Position numbers and translations under genes: made by a program | NCBI RefSeq assembly: GCF_964355755.1 | Contig: NC_092679.1 | Location: 15,421,432-15,485,431 of the forward strand | Length of the DNA: 64,000 nucleotides | Source: Antedon mediterranea | Lineage: Eukaryota > Animalia > Echinodermata | Reading direction: 5' to 3' | Shown: positions 63,095-64,000 of the stretch, piece after piece | Layout: each line of letters starts with the position of its first letter | Numbering within the stretch: the stretch's first letter is position 1 | The notes under the pieces: model-generated | The model's database searches: none | What the model was told of the DNA's origin: nothing | What the model saw: only the letters and a program-made list of their open reading frames with translations

Positions 63095-64000
63095 AATGGC
63101 TAGGAATAACCTATTTGGAGCTAGCACTGTAGACCTAGCCATACAGTTAGTTAACTTAACTTAAACAAGTTTATTATTTCTGTCCAAAAACTATACAGGT
63201 ATGACATTTTGTATTGAGCAATATTACAATAAGATTTGAAATTTCATTTTTTAGATCAGTTTTCTTTATTATGACCCAAAGTAGCAATATTGCATTCAGT
63301 AAATGTCAAGCATCTTATCACTGGCAAAAACATCAATATTGACTATATTTTATCTTCTTCAATTAAATATCAACAATCAAATTATTGATTCTTCCAAAGG
63401 TCATGGGTTATAAGATTCGGTTTCCATGGTTGTAAGAGAAACTAAATTAGAACAAATTATTAAATTATGATGTTTTTCATCTCAATTTTTCATCTCAATT
63501 CCAATCATTTTCAATACCTCATAACACCTCTAATTCTAGGGCTGTTTTCAACCTTCTCAGTACATTTTCCATTATCAATTCCATAATTTAGTTTAGTACT
63601 GTAGCAATATTTATCTGATCAAACTCTGTACTGTACTTACATACTTAATGTTATTGTTATATGAAATGACCTATGACACTTTCCCTACAATTGTTGATGT
63701 TTTGTAAATACAAATATTACTCTGCTTTAAAAGCTTTGCTTATTTTGAGGTCCCTTCTCTCCATAACTTTTGTATAGTACTTTGTACTACAGTATTTTAA
63801 AATCTTATGGAATAAAAGTTTATTTGATTAAATAAATAATTGTTTTTGTGGTGGGGGTTATGTTAAAAGTACATTTCTTTAGACCACCACTCGACCCTGT
63901 AATTCCATGGGATACAATTCTCTTCAGCTTTTGAAAATGTTTTTGGCACACCGCAATTATTATTAAAAGTATTTTCCAATGACTGTTAATATTGCAACTA

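Overview
AT-rich, intron-containing animal genomic DNA. The frequent TAGGCCTA motifs and the gene families suggest an invertebrate deuterostome, possibly an echinoderm (inference only). From left to right: (1) the endonuclease fragment of a CR1/L2-group LINE and several MITEs; (2) an intact 8-exon, ~1250-aa DDE/DxxH transposase-like gene (3685-8283); (3) a 3-exon, ~1389-aa family-B (adhesion/Methuselah-like) GPCR whose ectodomain has a somatomedin-B domain and ~128 collagen Gly-X-Y triplets inside one 3.8-kb exon (12125-17341), the most unusual element here; (4) a tandem array of RING-less B-box/coiled-coil/filamin/NHL TRIM-like genes, pseudogenes and fragments (21550-43849, +) with hypervariable propeller loops. 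The whole array lies antisense inside a single 28.4-kb intron of (5) a minus-strand HEAT-repeat gene, of which 15 exons are visible (19581-62003); the ORF track almost entirely misses it. Also present are many non-autonomous DNA transposons (Ginger-, Harbinger-, Tc1-, Kolobok- and Helentron-like), minisatellites and a minimal hammerhead ribozyme motif. All splice models were read by eye and checked for phase; no database search was possible.
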